From Octopus vulgaris (Eukaryota), in contig OX597841.1 in assembly GCA_951406725.2 (NCBI GenBank), positions 6,882,001-6,946,000 of the forward strand: a DNA stretch of 64,000 nt, given 5' to 3'. Position numbers and translations under genes: made by a program. This document shows positions 13,215 to 30,202 of the stretch, one piece after another; the stretch's first letter is position 1; each line of letters starts with the position of its first letter. Under the pieces are notes generated by a model, which saw only the letters and a program-made list of their open reading frames with translations, was not told the origin of the DNA and did no database searches.

Positions 13215-13515
13215 TAAATATATTATATTATATTATATTAAATTAGAGATAAAACCACTATTAGGCAAATCAAACAATGAAAGACATAAGTTAATACATA
13301 AAATTAATTAATTTATATTATTTTAAAAATATATCAAAAGTATTAAAAGTTTAATAAATGTGTTTTACTCTTTATCATTTATTAAACTTTTAATACTTTT
13401 GATATATTTTAAAAATAATTTAAATGAATTAATTTTATGTATTGGCTTATGTTTTTCATTGTTTGATTTGCCTAATAATGGTTTTATCTCTAATTTGATA
13501 TAATATATATTTATA
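13215..13515. repeat. Long AT-rich inverted repeat (foldback), ~140-bp arms
   Basis: AATTAGAGATAAAACCACTATTAGGCAAATCAAACAATGAA...TTAATAAATG is mirrored by CATTTATTAA...TTCATTGTTTGATTTGCCTAATAATGGTTTTATCTCTAATT, with a ~15-nt loop at ~13361-13375. Confidence 0.85.
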
Positions 13516-13643
13516 TATACTTGTTAGAGGGAAACCACTATGTGGACACCCTTATGCAGAAATAGGTCCGCTATGGTCTTACGACTAACAATGTTCTCAA
13601 AAGAGATTTAGCAAAACTACCAAATCATAATATATATATGTAT

Positions 13644-14023
13644 CAGGGACATGCCACCTCTGTAGGCAAGTTAGGCAGTGCCTACATTGAAAAAAATAGT
13701 TCAAGAGCAATATTTTATTTTTATGGCAAAATATGCAACTAATTTAATAAAATTATGAAGGTTACTCTGATTACTATGCATAAAATACAAAATATCTTAT
13801 TTTTTGTAGATTCGGTAGACATCATTGACCCCTGCTTTTCAATCTCAGTATTTAAGCTATGCATAGTAATGCCGTAGTACACTTGTTGCGTACACTCCTA
13901 CAACACCGTTTTCTCTATGTGTTATAAAGGCAGAAGGTAATCTGCCTTCAACTCAGTCACACGTCTCTGGTTTGCTTGGTCAACAACTGCCTACCCTGAG
14001 TAATTACTGATGGCACGTGCCTG
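13644..14023. mobile_element. hAT-type MITE
   Basis: TIRs CAGGGACATGCCA / TGGCACGTGCCTG match at 11 of 13 positions. Flanks ATATGTAT / ATATGTGT look like an 8-bp TSD. Confidence 0.7.
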
Positions 14024-14421
14024 ATATGTGTTTAGGTAACAATTGTAGCTGAATGAATTGACCCCAGTCCAGATTTATCTTTGTAAGCCTGGGCTTCTTT
14101 CGGTCTCCTTCTACCAAATCCATATTAAAATAGAAAATGAAAAAGCAAAACATTTTGCTTCATTGAAAAAAACTTTTAACACAGAGGCTTGGCTCTGTCT
14201 CATTCTATTCTGTGTCTAAACTTGCTTTATCATTTTCTATTTTAATCTCTGTCCATCTGTCCAGAGAGGAACTACATCTAACCATATTAGATGGACAGAC
14301 TCAATACCACATTTTTCAGATGCAGTTGAAGCCAGAGTAGTAAGCCAAACAGACCACTCTTACAACATACCTACAACATTATGTCAGTTACTGGAAACTG
14401 CTTGTTTAGCAGTGCATATAC

Positions 14422-14474
<53 letters not shown>

Positions 14475-14509
14475 CATATACATATATATATATATACATT
14501 ATCAACTCT

Positions 14510-15460
14510 TCTCGACGATGGACGCACATCAGGACTCTGCCTTCAAATTGCCTTTCAATGTAGTACATCAAAGAACCCAACGTGCCACACAATGCGTTAC
14601 TCGGAATAAGCGGCAGTTTTGAAGAAGTGCAAACTCGTTGTTTGGGTTGAAGCAACAAAGTCCCCTAAATGTTCCCTTCATGCACTTCATATCACAATGA
14701 GGGATCTTAGATCAAACAACAACGTCCTTAGAGGTGCGACTCTGCTTCTTGCAGGAGATTTTCGATAAACTCTGCCTATTATACCCAAAGGAACACCCAC
14801 TGATGACCTTAATGCCTGCCTTAAAAAGTCTCTCCTTTGGTTGCATGTCCAATCGAAACAGCTCACCAACAACATGAGATCACTCCTACAGACTGGTCAG
14901 CCTACAGCCCAGGTTTTGCAAATGCTCTTTAAAATCGTCAATGGACAAATTACGTTCGACGGCAATGGATACATTAACACTACCATCATTGGCCACACTG
15001 ATTCCAGCCCTGATGACTTATGTTCTGCCATTTACCCAAATCTTACAACGGAATACATAAAACCAGATTGGCTTCGTGTCAGGCCTGTTCTTGCACCTAC
15101 AAATGCAGCTGTCAACACTCTTAACTACGACTCACTCAGTCAGCTACCTTCTCAAGAATGTTGTTACAGATCGGTTGACACCGTGACTGACCTCAATCAG
15201 GTTACACACTTTCCATCAGATTTTCCCAACACCCAACATCCTCCAGGTCTCCAAGAAGCCCAAATTATCATGAATCACAGCCAAATGATACAGTTTTCAT
15301 TCCGTTAACCCCAACAGACTGCCACCCCTCTACCCTAAGCAGAAATATCAGTTGCCTCTAAAACCCAGATTCGCTATGAAAAATTAACAAAGCACAAGGT
15401 CAGTTGCTGAAAGTTGTTGGATTGAACCTTCGAACATTCTGCTTTTCAAATGGACAATTC
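14510..15460 (+). mobile_element. Helitron PIF1-like helicase remnant
   Basis: Frameshifted fragments read GATLLLAGDFR*TLPIIPKGT, RPVLAPTNAAVNTLN and INKAQGQLLKVVGLNL...FSNGQ. Confidence 0.8.
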
Positions 15461-15499
15461 CCTACCTGTTGAAATGACTGAAACAAATAAACGAATAAT

Positions 15500-15960
15500 C
15501 CATCTGTCCAGGGAGGAAATATTCGACAACTGCACAGAGCCACCATTTCTTGGTGCGCCGTGCATCATGTGCAGCTCATCTCTGTTTGTTCAGACGGTGT
15601 TCTGCGATAGTGTCCTTCACTCCAGTTCTTTGCCTGACCTGCTTGTTTCAGATGAGACCTCTGAGGGAGGTTCCCAGCATCACCCACATTGCACCTGCAT
15701 GGAGTATTGCATGTAGAACCATGCTTTTGAAGAGGTGGGGATCTGGCTTCTCGTTATTTTCTCCCTACCTGTCTGAAATCATTACATTGCATGTATGGCG
15801 TCGTTATTTTGTGCTGTTGCATCCTCTTCGGGAATGAAGATTGGTCAGCATGGTTGTTGTTGTTCTTGTTGGTGAAGTTGAGAGTTTGAAACATTGTCAG
15901 GAGACAGGTACCATTTTTCCCAATACATTTCTACTCAGCTTTTGGTAATTAAGACTGTTA
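15500..15960 (-). mobile_element. Highly decayed RTE-like LINE remnant
   Basis: Minus-strand RQRTGVKDTIAEHRLNKQR*AAHDARR resembles the RTE C-terminal IRQRTKVKD...RWAGHVARR. Confidence 0.45.
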
Positions 15961-16622
15961 ATGAAATAACTGGATAATTTTTGTGGTTTAATAATTAATA
16001 TTCTTTTCTCTGTTGGAATCCAACTCAATTCTCTTCCCACATTAATGTCTAATTTGATAATTTTGAAGTTTCAAAAACTGATGTCTAAAATGGTGTAAAA
16101 TGAGTAATTCAATAATTTTTTCTCTTTAATTGTATCGTGTTTAAATATATCACGAAGAGGACATCCCAGAAAATTCTGAAGAAGCTATAGAGAATGTTTT
16201 CGGTGAGGTTTTCCTTATTTCGTTGAGGTTCATTAATTTCATATCGTGTGCAATTTTCCTTTTGATCCTCTTTCATTTGACCGAGATATTATTTAAATTT
16301 CTCTTTTGTTTTGCATTTCAATTCTTTCTCATGTCTAACGATGGATATTAATGTGTCCGAGTTTGCTTTCTGGAGAAATAAAGCAGCAAATTCACTTTAT
16401 CTCAGCTTACTCATTTTGCCCCAGTCAAGTTTGCCTTTTATATCCTGAAAGAGAATGGCGATAATTTTCTGAAATTATGATCAGATTATGTGATAATATT
16501 TTCAATGCCATTTGGGAAGGCCATTTGCTCAGCTGATGTCGTTCTTGTAAGGTAGTGAACATGTGTAAGAAATATATTTTGCTCCAAAGTCAAAAATGCA
16601 GTAAAAACACCTCCTTTCCACC

Positions 16623-16688
<66 letters not shown>

Positions 16689-18134
16689 CAGTGTTTATGC
16701 ATAAGCAAACATTATCGTCATCATCATCATCATCATCGACGTTTAACGTCTGTTTTCCATGCTAGCATGGGTTGGATGGTTCAACTGGGGTAAAATAGGT
16801 TTGTGGCATATTTTCATATATTAAATGGGAAGCAAATTTCTTACTATACAGCCACAGCTGGAACCAGGTCAGCATTGATCGAGCAGACATGATAACATGC
16901 ATCTCAACCATGACCATCTCGTTGGCACATATATATTTTGAACTACACTATCTAATAAGCTATATGATAAGTGTGATTAAGGGGAAAATTGGTTGCTATT
17001 TCTTGTAGACCATGCAAACTTGTACACACACCCTTGCTTTGCATGTGTGTGTGTGTGTGTGTGTGTGTCCTGTTCTGCTGATAAGAATCGTCTTTGGTCA
17101 ACATCTTAAGTTTAATCTGCTGAAAGAGAGAGAGAGAGAGAGTTAATGGTATCTTATCTAATATATTGTGTACGTGACATTCCTGTGGTGTTGCATGGTT
17201 GCTGAGAGGGTGAGTGAGCCAAGAGAAATGGCTATGGCCATTTCACTACTTACAAATCTAATAATAGAAATAAAGTCCAGTAGAAAGAAGATATTTCAAC
17301 ATTTGAAGTGGTATTAAAATTGGGTGTGTAACATGAAAGTCGAATTGTACTTCATAGCTAGAGCCATTAGAAATAGCAGCCAAATGCCCCTAAATGCTAG
17401 TGGAGCAGCTAACTGATTAGATTGACCATAGTACTTGACTAGTACTTAATTTCTGAACCCCAGAACGATGAAAGTCAAACTCACCCTCTGCAGGAATTGA
17501 ACACACAACATGATGAAGGATGAAATAGTGTTAAAATATTTTCTCCGACACATGAACGATTCTGCTTCATCAGTGACTTATACACACACATACACACAGA
17601 CTATAACAACAACAATATATATTGTATATAGTTGTATGAATACATATTCTAGAAATAGCAGTCAAATCCCCTAAAACCATACATCAAACTCTGTTCTGTC
17701 CGAAGCAAAGACCTGCATTATAGGCTAGTGTCTTGTGTGTGTATGAGGCAATAAATGGTAGGCAGAGCTGCCTGAAATAGCAGCCAAAGGTTCCTCCGAT
17801 TTGCTAAACTTCTGAAATTAACTTCTGTTTGCAAGCCTTGTGTCAGCCTGTCACAAAAAACTAATGAACTGCCACAGATCAATTAAACTGTGACATCTGA
17901 TATGCTAGAAAGAGCAGCAAGATCTTGGTGTGATTCCGTGGGATGGTAGAGAGAGAGAGAGAAACAGAGAGAAATTATAGAGTGAAGCAAAAAGAAGGAG
18001 ATCTGATGTATAAATGATTGATATATTTCTAGACCTACAGTCAGAAATAGCAACCAGATCTCCCAGGGTCACAAATCTATCTATCACTCTGTCCATCCGT
18101 CCATCTGTCCCTCCATCCTATCTATCTATCTGTC

Positions 18135-21020
18135 AAGCATGAAGGGTGCGTTATCAGGCTAGGGTGCATGCTCTAAGAAACAAATGTACTGGAGCTGTGT
18201 TAGAGGCCCAGCTGGTGGAGGCGCAACAGCGCAACAAATCCACCATTTGGTCTCAGATGGTTGAAGAGGGCCGCGCATTACTGGAACCTAGTAAAATGTG
18301 TGAGGCCTTTCAGCAGCACTTTACCTGACTTTTCAGGAGAGTGGTGAGTGAGAATGCAGGGTGGACTTTAGTGCCTCTCTGCATAGCCTACCACGACTCT
18401 TGGCAAGAAAGGCAGAGTGTTGCGAAGGTGTCATGACAGTAATGGATGTGCAGGACACGAAGGCAGATTGGGTGAGGGACAAATCGCCAGGTTTGGATCA
18501 TCTGCACTATGAGCTGTACAATTGTATGCCAGACTTGTTTGGAGGTGTTTTGGCAACAGTGTTCTGCAACTGGCATCAAAATGGGAGCATAACCCAGTTT
18601 TGTGAGCCAAGGAGTTGTAATGTTGCTAAAGAAAGATCCCAACAACGGGGGTATAGTAGATAACTTTAGGCCCATCACTCTGCTCAATGCAGACTTTAAA
18701 ATCTTGGCCAAGGTGCTAGCCAAGAGGTCGGTGCTTGTCATTGCAAAACTGGTTCTCAAGGCGCAAACATGCGCTGTGCTGGGTCAGAGCATCCATGCCA
18801 CCCTCCACCTCATGCGCTACATCATAGAGAGGGTGGTTAAGGAATCTGGCATGTGTGGGGCACTGATCAATTTGGATCAATCTAAAGCTTTCGATAGGGT
18901 AGACCATTAATACTTGAAAGCTATCCTCATAACTGCTGGGTTTGGTCCCATTTTCCGTGGCTGGATCGCTGCCCTATACAAAGGCATCTGATCGGTAATT
19001 CGCGTGAATGGGCATCTATCAAGACCAATCAACATTGCACATTCAGTCCACCAGGGATGCACCCTCTTGTCACTTCTGTACATGTTGACCCTTGAACCAC
19101 TACTGTGGAAGCTAGCGCTGTTGAGGGGCATCCCGCGAGAATTGGGATGTGGGACGAGCGTGTCCGCATACACGGACAATGTCACCATTATAATGCCTAT
19201 CCACAACTACATTGAGCTTGTCGGTGATACACTGAAAGACTAGGAAGCGGTGATAGGAGTGAAAATCAGCCAGGAAAAGTCAATTGGCTTGCAGCTTGTC
19301 ACCTGGGGAAGCAAGCCCATGCTGTCCAAAACAGTGCCTCCGTCGTGGGAGGCTGGACCGACAGGCCAGTCGAGTTACTCAGGACCTCCAAAAGAAGAAG
19401 AACTAGGATGAGATAATGAGTAGGGTGGCCACTCTTGCCCGGCAATGGGCTGAGAGGAAGCTGTCCCCAATAGGTCAAGCAGAGATGGTGAAGTCAAACA
19501 CCACGTCCCTCATCTAATACGACCTGACCGTCATGCTTGTCCCAACCCTACCATCACCAAACTGGAATGCATCCTCTTCCGCTTCCTGTGGAAAGGAAGT
19601 GTTCCTTTTGATGACAGGTGATCTGTTTGCTGCCAACACCTGCTAAAAGGTGGGATGGGCACAATGTGGTTGATGATGTGCAGACACGCGCTGAGACTGC
19701 ATCATCTCTGGCTCTATGTAGACGACAGTGAACAGGTGTGGTCGCCGTTTGTGAGGCGCATTTTCTTGCAGCTTGTCTCCATGACCAAACTGCAGTCATG
19801 GATCAAAAAGAGTCCAAGGAAGGGCAAATGGCACAGCGAGTGTCGCGTTGCTCTTGAGCAAGGATGCTGTCCCGGGTTGACCTTGAGCAACTGCATTACA
19901 ACCAAAGCATTCTGTTGGGGATTAATGGAGAGGAGGTATGACGATGATCCTGGGGCAAACCTGGGCGTAGACGAGGAATACCTGACCTGCCTGTTCAAGA
20001 TGACTTTCAGGCTGGGACCTATGTTCAACTTCCAGAGATGCCTCGCAGGCAGTGCTATCGAGAAGCACTACCCATTCGAGATAGGCTCTACAGGCATGGC
20101 TCAAGAAACACGGAGTCGAGATGCGGACAGAGTGACGAAACCTTTCTCCATGCACTCGTACAGTGTCCACCAATTTCCGACTTGTGGGCCTATATCAAAC
20201 GACTGCTGTCGCGTGTGGGACAAGTCGGATTATCAGCCAAGTGTATCGTCAATAAACTTTTCTATTCTAGGCACAAGTCTCGAAATTTTAGAGGAGGGAG
20301 CCAGTTGATTACATTGACCCAGTACTCAATAGGTACTTAATTTATTGACCCCGAAATATGAATCGCAAAGTCGACCTTGGTGGAATTTGAACTCAGAACA
20401 TAAAGACAGATGAAATACTGCTAAGCATTTTGCCTGGTGTGCTAACGTTTCTGCCAGCTAGCCGCCTCAGAGTCTATTGTCACGCCTCCTTCCTTCAAAC
20501 GGGAAGGAAGAGCCATTTTCATTTTACATGTGGCTGTGGCAAAAGAATGTATATGGTCAAGGCATCTGAAAGGTCTAGAGACAAACACTTTCCTCTCTGG
20601 TCAATCTCTCATCAACCTCTTCAAGTATCACTTGAAGAGGAAGGTGAGCGTAGAGAGGGACATTTTGTCTAGTGAATACTTCAAACAAAGATGTGTGAAT
20701 GTAGCAAGGATGGCAGAAAAACAAACCAGAAAAACAAAGGAGTAAAAGAGAGCCACTTACTGTAATGCGTCTTTGTTTTTGCATGACATTATTGCCCGAG
20801 GTTACCGTGGTCTTTTCTGTAAGCTTTTCTTTCCACAGATAAAATTAATCTGTTTTCCCTTTTGCATTTATGACATTTCTGTGATACACGATCACTATTG
20901 ATCGGAACCTTATCCCCCCCCCACTTCTTCCCCAAGAAGAAAAGCTCTGCATTGTATTTTGTCTCCTCTGTGTTCAGCCCTGTGTGGCTAATTAAGAAAC
21001 ATATCTGTCTGTCTGTCTGT
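18135..21020 (+). mobile_element. Degenerate L1/Tx1-clade LINE ORF2 and 3' end
   Basis: Motifs KSPGLD, NFRPITLLNADFKILAKVLAKR, LDQSKAFDRVDH, QGC.L..LLY.L.LEPL and SAYTDN (YADD-derived), plus the C-terminal zinc region C...ETFLHALVQC. Multiple stops and frameshifts, and a (TCTG)n tail. Confidence 0.9.
20262..20467 (-). mobile_element. tRNA-derived SINE nested in the Tx1 LINE (duplicate at ~8142-8349)
   Basis: The minus strand begins GCTGGCAGAAACGTTAGCAC and has a B-box-like GAGTTCAAATTCC. Same family as 34889-35612. Confidence 0.75.
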
Positions 21021-21686
21021 TTGTTTATTACCTGCTTTTTGGCTTAGAAGTTGGCATCCCAGTCACATGTACGCCTGTATGTATGCATGTCTCAGAATAT
21101 GACGTCAAGAAATGCAGCATTCCTGTGCACCAGTTTTGTTTGGTGTGCATACAATGATTATAATTTAACTGTTATCAAATTTCTGGCTGCTTATTCAAAA
21201 TGATGAAATGAAGAACAACTTTCAAAAGAAACATATTTATTGCTTTAAAATAAATTCAAAGAAACAATATTGAAAATGTAAAAGAAAAACAGGAAAAAAT
21301 TTAAATTAAAATCACTCTCCATGGGGATGGAATATATTCTGAAAGTTTAGACACTGCCACTCCTTTTCTCTTTCACACACACACACATTGTGCTGACATG
21401 GCTGTTTTCCTTACCAACCACCACCACCACCACCACCACCATGCATGTCTCAGAATATGACGTCAATGTTCTTGTACATTTCTTTATTCTTTTATTTGTT
21501 TCAGTTATATCACTGTGGCCCTGATGGAGCACCACCTTCCTGGGTTTCTGTCAAACAAATCTTTGTAACTTTAGTACTTATTCTATCAGTCTCTTTTGTC
21601 AAATCAAAGTCACAGGGACATAAACAGACCAACATCGGTTGTCATACGATGGTGATGTGTGGTGTAGGGTAGACACACACAAATGA

Positions 21687-21728
<42 letters not shown>

Positions 21729-21989
21729 ATGTATATATATATATATATACACATACATATAGATACACATACATACATATATGATGGGCTTCTTTCAGTT
21801 TCCATCTAGCAGATCAACTCACAAGGCTTTGGTTGGCTTAAGGGTCATTTAAAAGACACTTGCCTAAGGTGCCACACAGTAGGATTGAACCTGGAAACAT
21901 GTGGTTGGGAAGCAAACTTCTTATGACAGAGCCTGGCCGATGCCAGTTTGCATTACTGGTACCTGTGTCGACTCGTTTCTTCCCGATTG

Positions 21990-24980
<2,991 letters not shown>

Positions 24981-25245
24981 TTGTCTGTTATTCTCTTTTC
25001 TTCTCAGAATTTGGGAGCAGAAATTTTCCTTGTAATCTTCACCCACATCGACATTCAGTCCCAGGGCACCCATGGAGACTTCCGCTTTCTACCATACACA
25101 TATGTGATCATTCTTTGTCTAAAGAAAACAAGGCCTGGAATTCTAGTAGAGGCAACTAATTGACTCCAACGACCCTGCGTGTGAACGATTCTGTCACCTC
25201 ATCGGCTTATACACACACACACACACATACTATAACAGATCTATC

Positions 25246-25297
<52 letters not shown>

Positions 25298-26361
25298 ATT
25301 CACTTTTTACTATTAGCACAAGGCCTGCAATTACTGTGGGCAGCTAATCAATTACTTTATCCTTAGTATTTGACTGGTACTTAATTTATTGACCCTGGAA
25401 CGATGAAATGGATAAATCGACCGAGGCAGAACTTGAACTCACAACATGAAGCTATACAAAATGCGATTAAGCATTTCCTCCAGCATGGTAACGATTCTAC
25501 CAATTTCCCCACTTATACACACACACACACACATACAAAAACACACACACCATAGCAACAATAATATATATCAATATAGTTGTATTAATACATCTCCTTC
25601 TAGAAAAAGCAGTCAAATCTCCTGAAATCACACATCATACTGTGTAATATCTGAGGGGATTATCTGCAATGAAAGTAGGCTCGTTGGAATTACCAATTAA
25701 TTACAGCGTACTCTCTTATGTGTGTCTAATGAGGCCATGCAGGACCCCTATCTGGTGACTAGACCACTTTCGGTAAATGTCGATTTAACCCGTCCCCTTA
25801 AAATTTCTGGCGTGGATGAGGAACTATAATTCTTTTTGAGGTCTGGGAGTCACTTCTTGTATATCTGTGAATATAGTTGTATCGATATTTTCTCTTGCGG
25901 AAATAGCAGTCAAATCCCTTTAAATCACACATTATAGTGTGTAATGCCTGAAGGAAATATTTGCATTGTGACTCAGTTTGTTAGAAAGAGAGAGAGAGAG
26001 AGAGAGGATGAGCGAGTGAAAAAGAAGGTGCTATATGGAGGGATCGATGGAATAAATACAAGGCTTAACACAAAGATGTACTGGGTTCAATTCTTCAACT
26101 AGAAATTCTTCAAGGTGTTGCTCCAGCATGGCCACAGTCTAATGTCTGAAACACGTTAAAGATAAAAGATACACACAGACACAGGCATACTTTTATGCAT
26201 TTGTTTTGCCGGATTCTTCATGTGAAGTTGCGTGTTGAAAGAGACATTGTTGTATTTCATGATGGTCATGTCCTTTCTTTCATTACATAATAAATAGAGA
26301 GAGAGGGAGAGCGAGAGACAGACAGCCAGATAGATAGAGAGAGAGAGAGAGACAGACAGAC

Positions 26362-26399
<38 letters not shown>

Positions 26400-28132
26400 G
26401 CCTTATAGTGTGTGTGTGTGTGTATGTGTAGTTTGTAAAATCTCAGGAAGTAAAGTGAGTCAGCACATCAAAGTGGCTGCTGAAGGTTACTACTAGTTTA
26501 ACCCCAGGCAGATTCTCCACCAGCGGGTTATCGCTGCTACACTGCACCCTTTATATACCAAGAAAGAAAAAAACTCAGATTTTTTGCATGGAATGAAGTA
26601 CCCTGACCTCCAAATATGCTGGAAATCACTTATTATGGTTCAGAAGAAAAGGGTGCCACGATGGGGACCCACTCCCACCCCATTCCCAAATCATTGGAAA
26701 TTATTATTTTTGGTTTTTGTTGGATGAATTCCTGTGACCTATTATGCTACAAAACCCTTTTTGGGTCTGCAAAACGGGGTGGGGTGAGGCAGAAGCCTAG
26801 GAAATTGTACCCACTCCCAACATTTTACAGAAATAAATTTTCCAGAGTGTGAATTACATGGTTCGTTATTAAATATATATATATATATACATCTCTTTTA
26901 TAAAACCCGTTCTGTCTGTCTGTGTGTCTTCTAGGATCTCAGGCATCCTCCATCCGATTACACTCAAATTTGATATGTAGATACCAATGGTATCAGGGCA
27001 TGTATAAGTCTTTAAAAAATTGCAAAAATCGATTCCAGGTGAGAATGCTATCGATAAATCCGTGGGAACGTGCATTTGTACGTGCAAGTACATTAGCTGT
27101 TGCGATCGATACTACGCATACGCGAGAAAATTGCATGTGCAGTTTGCGCAAAAAAGCCGGCTGGCTTGAAATAATGCCACAAAATGCAGAATATTTAAGA
27201 GACCAAAAAAGTAAGATGCAAAAGAGATATTTTCTCCAAACTTGGCATGAAGGAAGGAAAAAGTATTTTGTTTCTGAAGAAGTCTTTTCTTTTTTTCCTT
27301 TGCCTTAATTTCGTTTAACAAAACCAAAAATTTTATTGAAATAAAGGCATGCTTAATTATTTTTTAATGAAAAGAAAACACAGATTGCTTTTTATTCAAG
27401 GAAGAAAATATTATTTTCTTGTTAATAAATGATTTTCCATGTTTGTGTTCTCCCAGTCTACAGACTTATCATTTCTGGTACTTTAAACTCTTCGGTTGCA
27501 TATTTGGGTGAATAAAATCGTTTTTCTTTGGAATATAAAAAAAGTCTATCTTTATTTCTTCTTTTGCTGGTGTCTCAAATTTAGGTTAAATCAGTGCTTC
27601 TCAAAGGGGTGGCCTATGGGACTGTCGGACAAGTTGTTTTGAGACAATTTGGTTTAAATGTTTGACAACTCAGCACCGTCCATTGGACGGGGAGGTGGGG
27701 GAGGGTTTTTGTTCGTATATATGTGTGTGTGTGTGTTTGTATACATATATATATGTGTGTGTGTGTGTATATATATATACATATATATATGTATATAAAT
27801 ATATATGCATACATATATATTCCTGCATATATATACATGTGTATATATATATGCATATATATCTATTCATACATATATATGCATATATATACATGTAATA
27901 TATATATATATATATTCATACATATACTCACACACACTCACCTACACACACACACACACACATACACAGCTCTACATGCGCGTGTATATAGGCATCCACA
28001 CGCATACATTTGCTCTCACACACGCATAGATATACATATATGCATACACACATACACATGTGTGTGTGTATATATATATATACACACACACACATATGCA
28101 CAGATATATATAAGCAATCATATGCATACACG

Positions 28133-28183
<51 letters not shown>

Positions 28184-28395
28184 TCATACATATACAGCCT
28201 CTTACTCTTTTCCTGTCCACCTTTTTCTTTCTTTTCGTCTTTCTTTTTCACTTTTGTTGTACTTTTTGTTTTCTTTTATTATTGTTTTTATATCATTTTT
28301 TATATCAGTTTTTATATATTTTTTTTATTTTCTATTCATATTCTTATAAGAAAAAAAAATCTTTTGCTCTATAAACAACCTTCTAAACCCCAGAA

Positions 28396-28450
28396 TTTCA
28401 GTTTGAAAATGGCTATTGAAAAGCTGGAAACTCTTTGGAGTAACTGTAAA
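28396..28450 (+). ncRNA. Decayed type I hammerhead-like motif
   Basis: TTTCAGT-TTGAAAA-TGGCT..AGCTG-GAAA-CTC(TTTG)GAG-TA-ACTGTAAA. All three stems pair, but the core has two substitutions relative to CUGANGA. Confidence 0.4.
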
Positions 28451-28676
28451 CATTACCATTAAAATAAAAATTATTCCCCCACAAAGCCATCTCTACTCAT
28501 TTTCTCAAATATATTATTCTGCACCAAGAACTCCATACACACACACATACATATGTATGATGAGAATCAGATATTCTTCGTGTAGAATATACTTTGTAAT
28601 GCTCAAGGGGTTTCAACTGAGCACAGGTGGAGGAGTAAATGTAGGGGCAAGCATTTGGCTTATCCTTAGATTTACT

Positions 28677-28722
<46 letters not shown>

Positions 28723-29409
28723 TGTATAAGTATGTGTCCATGTACTTGTGTATATCCATGGGAGTGTGTGTGTGTGTGTGTGTATATGTGTGTGTATCAT
28801 TACCATCATCATTAATGTAATGTCCGTTGTCCATTATGTAACGTTCGTTATGGCATGATTGCCATGGCTGGATGCCCTCCCCAATGCCAACCACTTTGAA
28901 AGTGTAATGGGTGCTTTTACATGCCACTGGCACGGGTGCCATTTGTGTGACACCAGCATCTGCCACGGCTACAATTTTCCTTGGCTTCATGGGTCTTCTT
29001 CTCAAGCAAAGGTCTCAATCTTTTCTCATTGCATCCATACATGTATGTGCATGTGTCTATACATGTATATATACACAAATACATATACATTATGTATGTA
29101 TGTGTGTGTGTGTATATATATATGTATAATGATATATATGTGTCCACATGTGTATATACACACGCACACACTTGTTCATCTAAGTAAAATTGAGACCCTG
29201 AAGCCATGTTGTTTACATCTACTGGGCCCCTGCATACAATCTGTCCTGGATGAACCCTCCCTCACGACTTGTCTTCCTAACCCCTGTCCCCCTTCACCTG
29301 TATCCACCCCCTGCATTTTCTCTCACCCTCTTCACACCCCTCTACCACTTTATATTCAACTCCCCCCACCCCCTGTGACTTGGGGGTACACCCTGACACA
29401 CCTTTGTCC

Positions 29410-29440
<31 letters not shown>

Positions 29441-29816
29441 CCGATGTGCCTCTTCCAACTGTAGTGGCCGCGTATCTCCTCCGCAGCAAGACCCCTCTTT
29501 TGGTCCCCCCCTTCGCTCTCAAAACTCTCCTCACCTGGCACAAAGCCCCAACAACACAACTCCGCTCTCCGTTGTGGTCGCCATGTCTTGTAAGTTACTC
29601 GGTGACCCTGCTGGTGCCATGTAGAAAGCGTCCAGTCCACTCTGTGGTGATTGGCATTAAGGAAGCCATCCAGCTTTAGAAACCATCGCAAAGCAGAGAG
29701 TAAAGCTTAGTGCAGCCCTCTGACATGCCAGCTCATCGAACCATCCAACCCATGCCAGCAGGGAGAATGGAGCATCAATGATGAGGATGCTGATCGTTAT
29801 ATGTACATTATATATA

Positions 29817-29948
29817 GGTGCAGGCATGGCTGTGTGGTAAGAAGCTTGCTTCCCAACCACAGGGTTGTGGGTTCAGTCCCATTGCATGACCTCAGGCTGT
29901 CCAATGCCTTGTGAGTGGATTTGTTAGACAGAAACTGAAAGAAGCCTG

Positions 29949-29985
<37 letters not shown>

Positions 29986-30202
29986 GTATGTATGTATGTG
30001 TTGTGTCTGTGTTTGTACCCCACTACTGCTTGACAACTGATGTTGGTGTGTTTATGCCCTTCCCTGTAACTTAGTGGTTCAGCAAAAGCAACCGATAGAA
30101 TAAGCACTAGGCTTACAAAGAATAAGTTCTAGAGTTTATTTGTTTGACCAAAGGTGCTGCTCCAGCATGGCCACAGTCAAATGGCTGAAACAGGTAAAAG
30201 AA
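29817..30202 (+). mobile_element. tRNA-derived SINE (family also at 32825-33196 +, 42925-43352 -, 60031-60440 -, ~21480-21930 -, and split at 23110-24060 -)
   Basis: tRNA-like head GCAGGCATGGCTGTGTGGTAAG...GGTTCAGTCCC, an internal (TA)n, and a 3' end GCTCCAGCATGGCCACAGTC...GAAACA. Confidence 0.8.

Noticed and set aside
25720-25780. CTAATGAGGCC as a hammerhead core
   Set aside because: There is no matching GAAA or stem II/III downstream.
29817-29890. tRNA-like A/B boxes
   Set aside because: These are SINE heads continuing into SINE bodies, with no complete cloverleaf.
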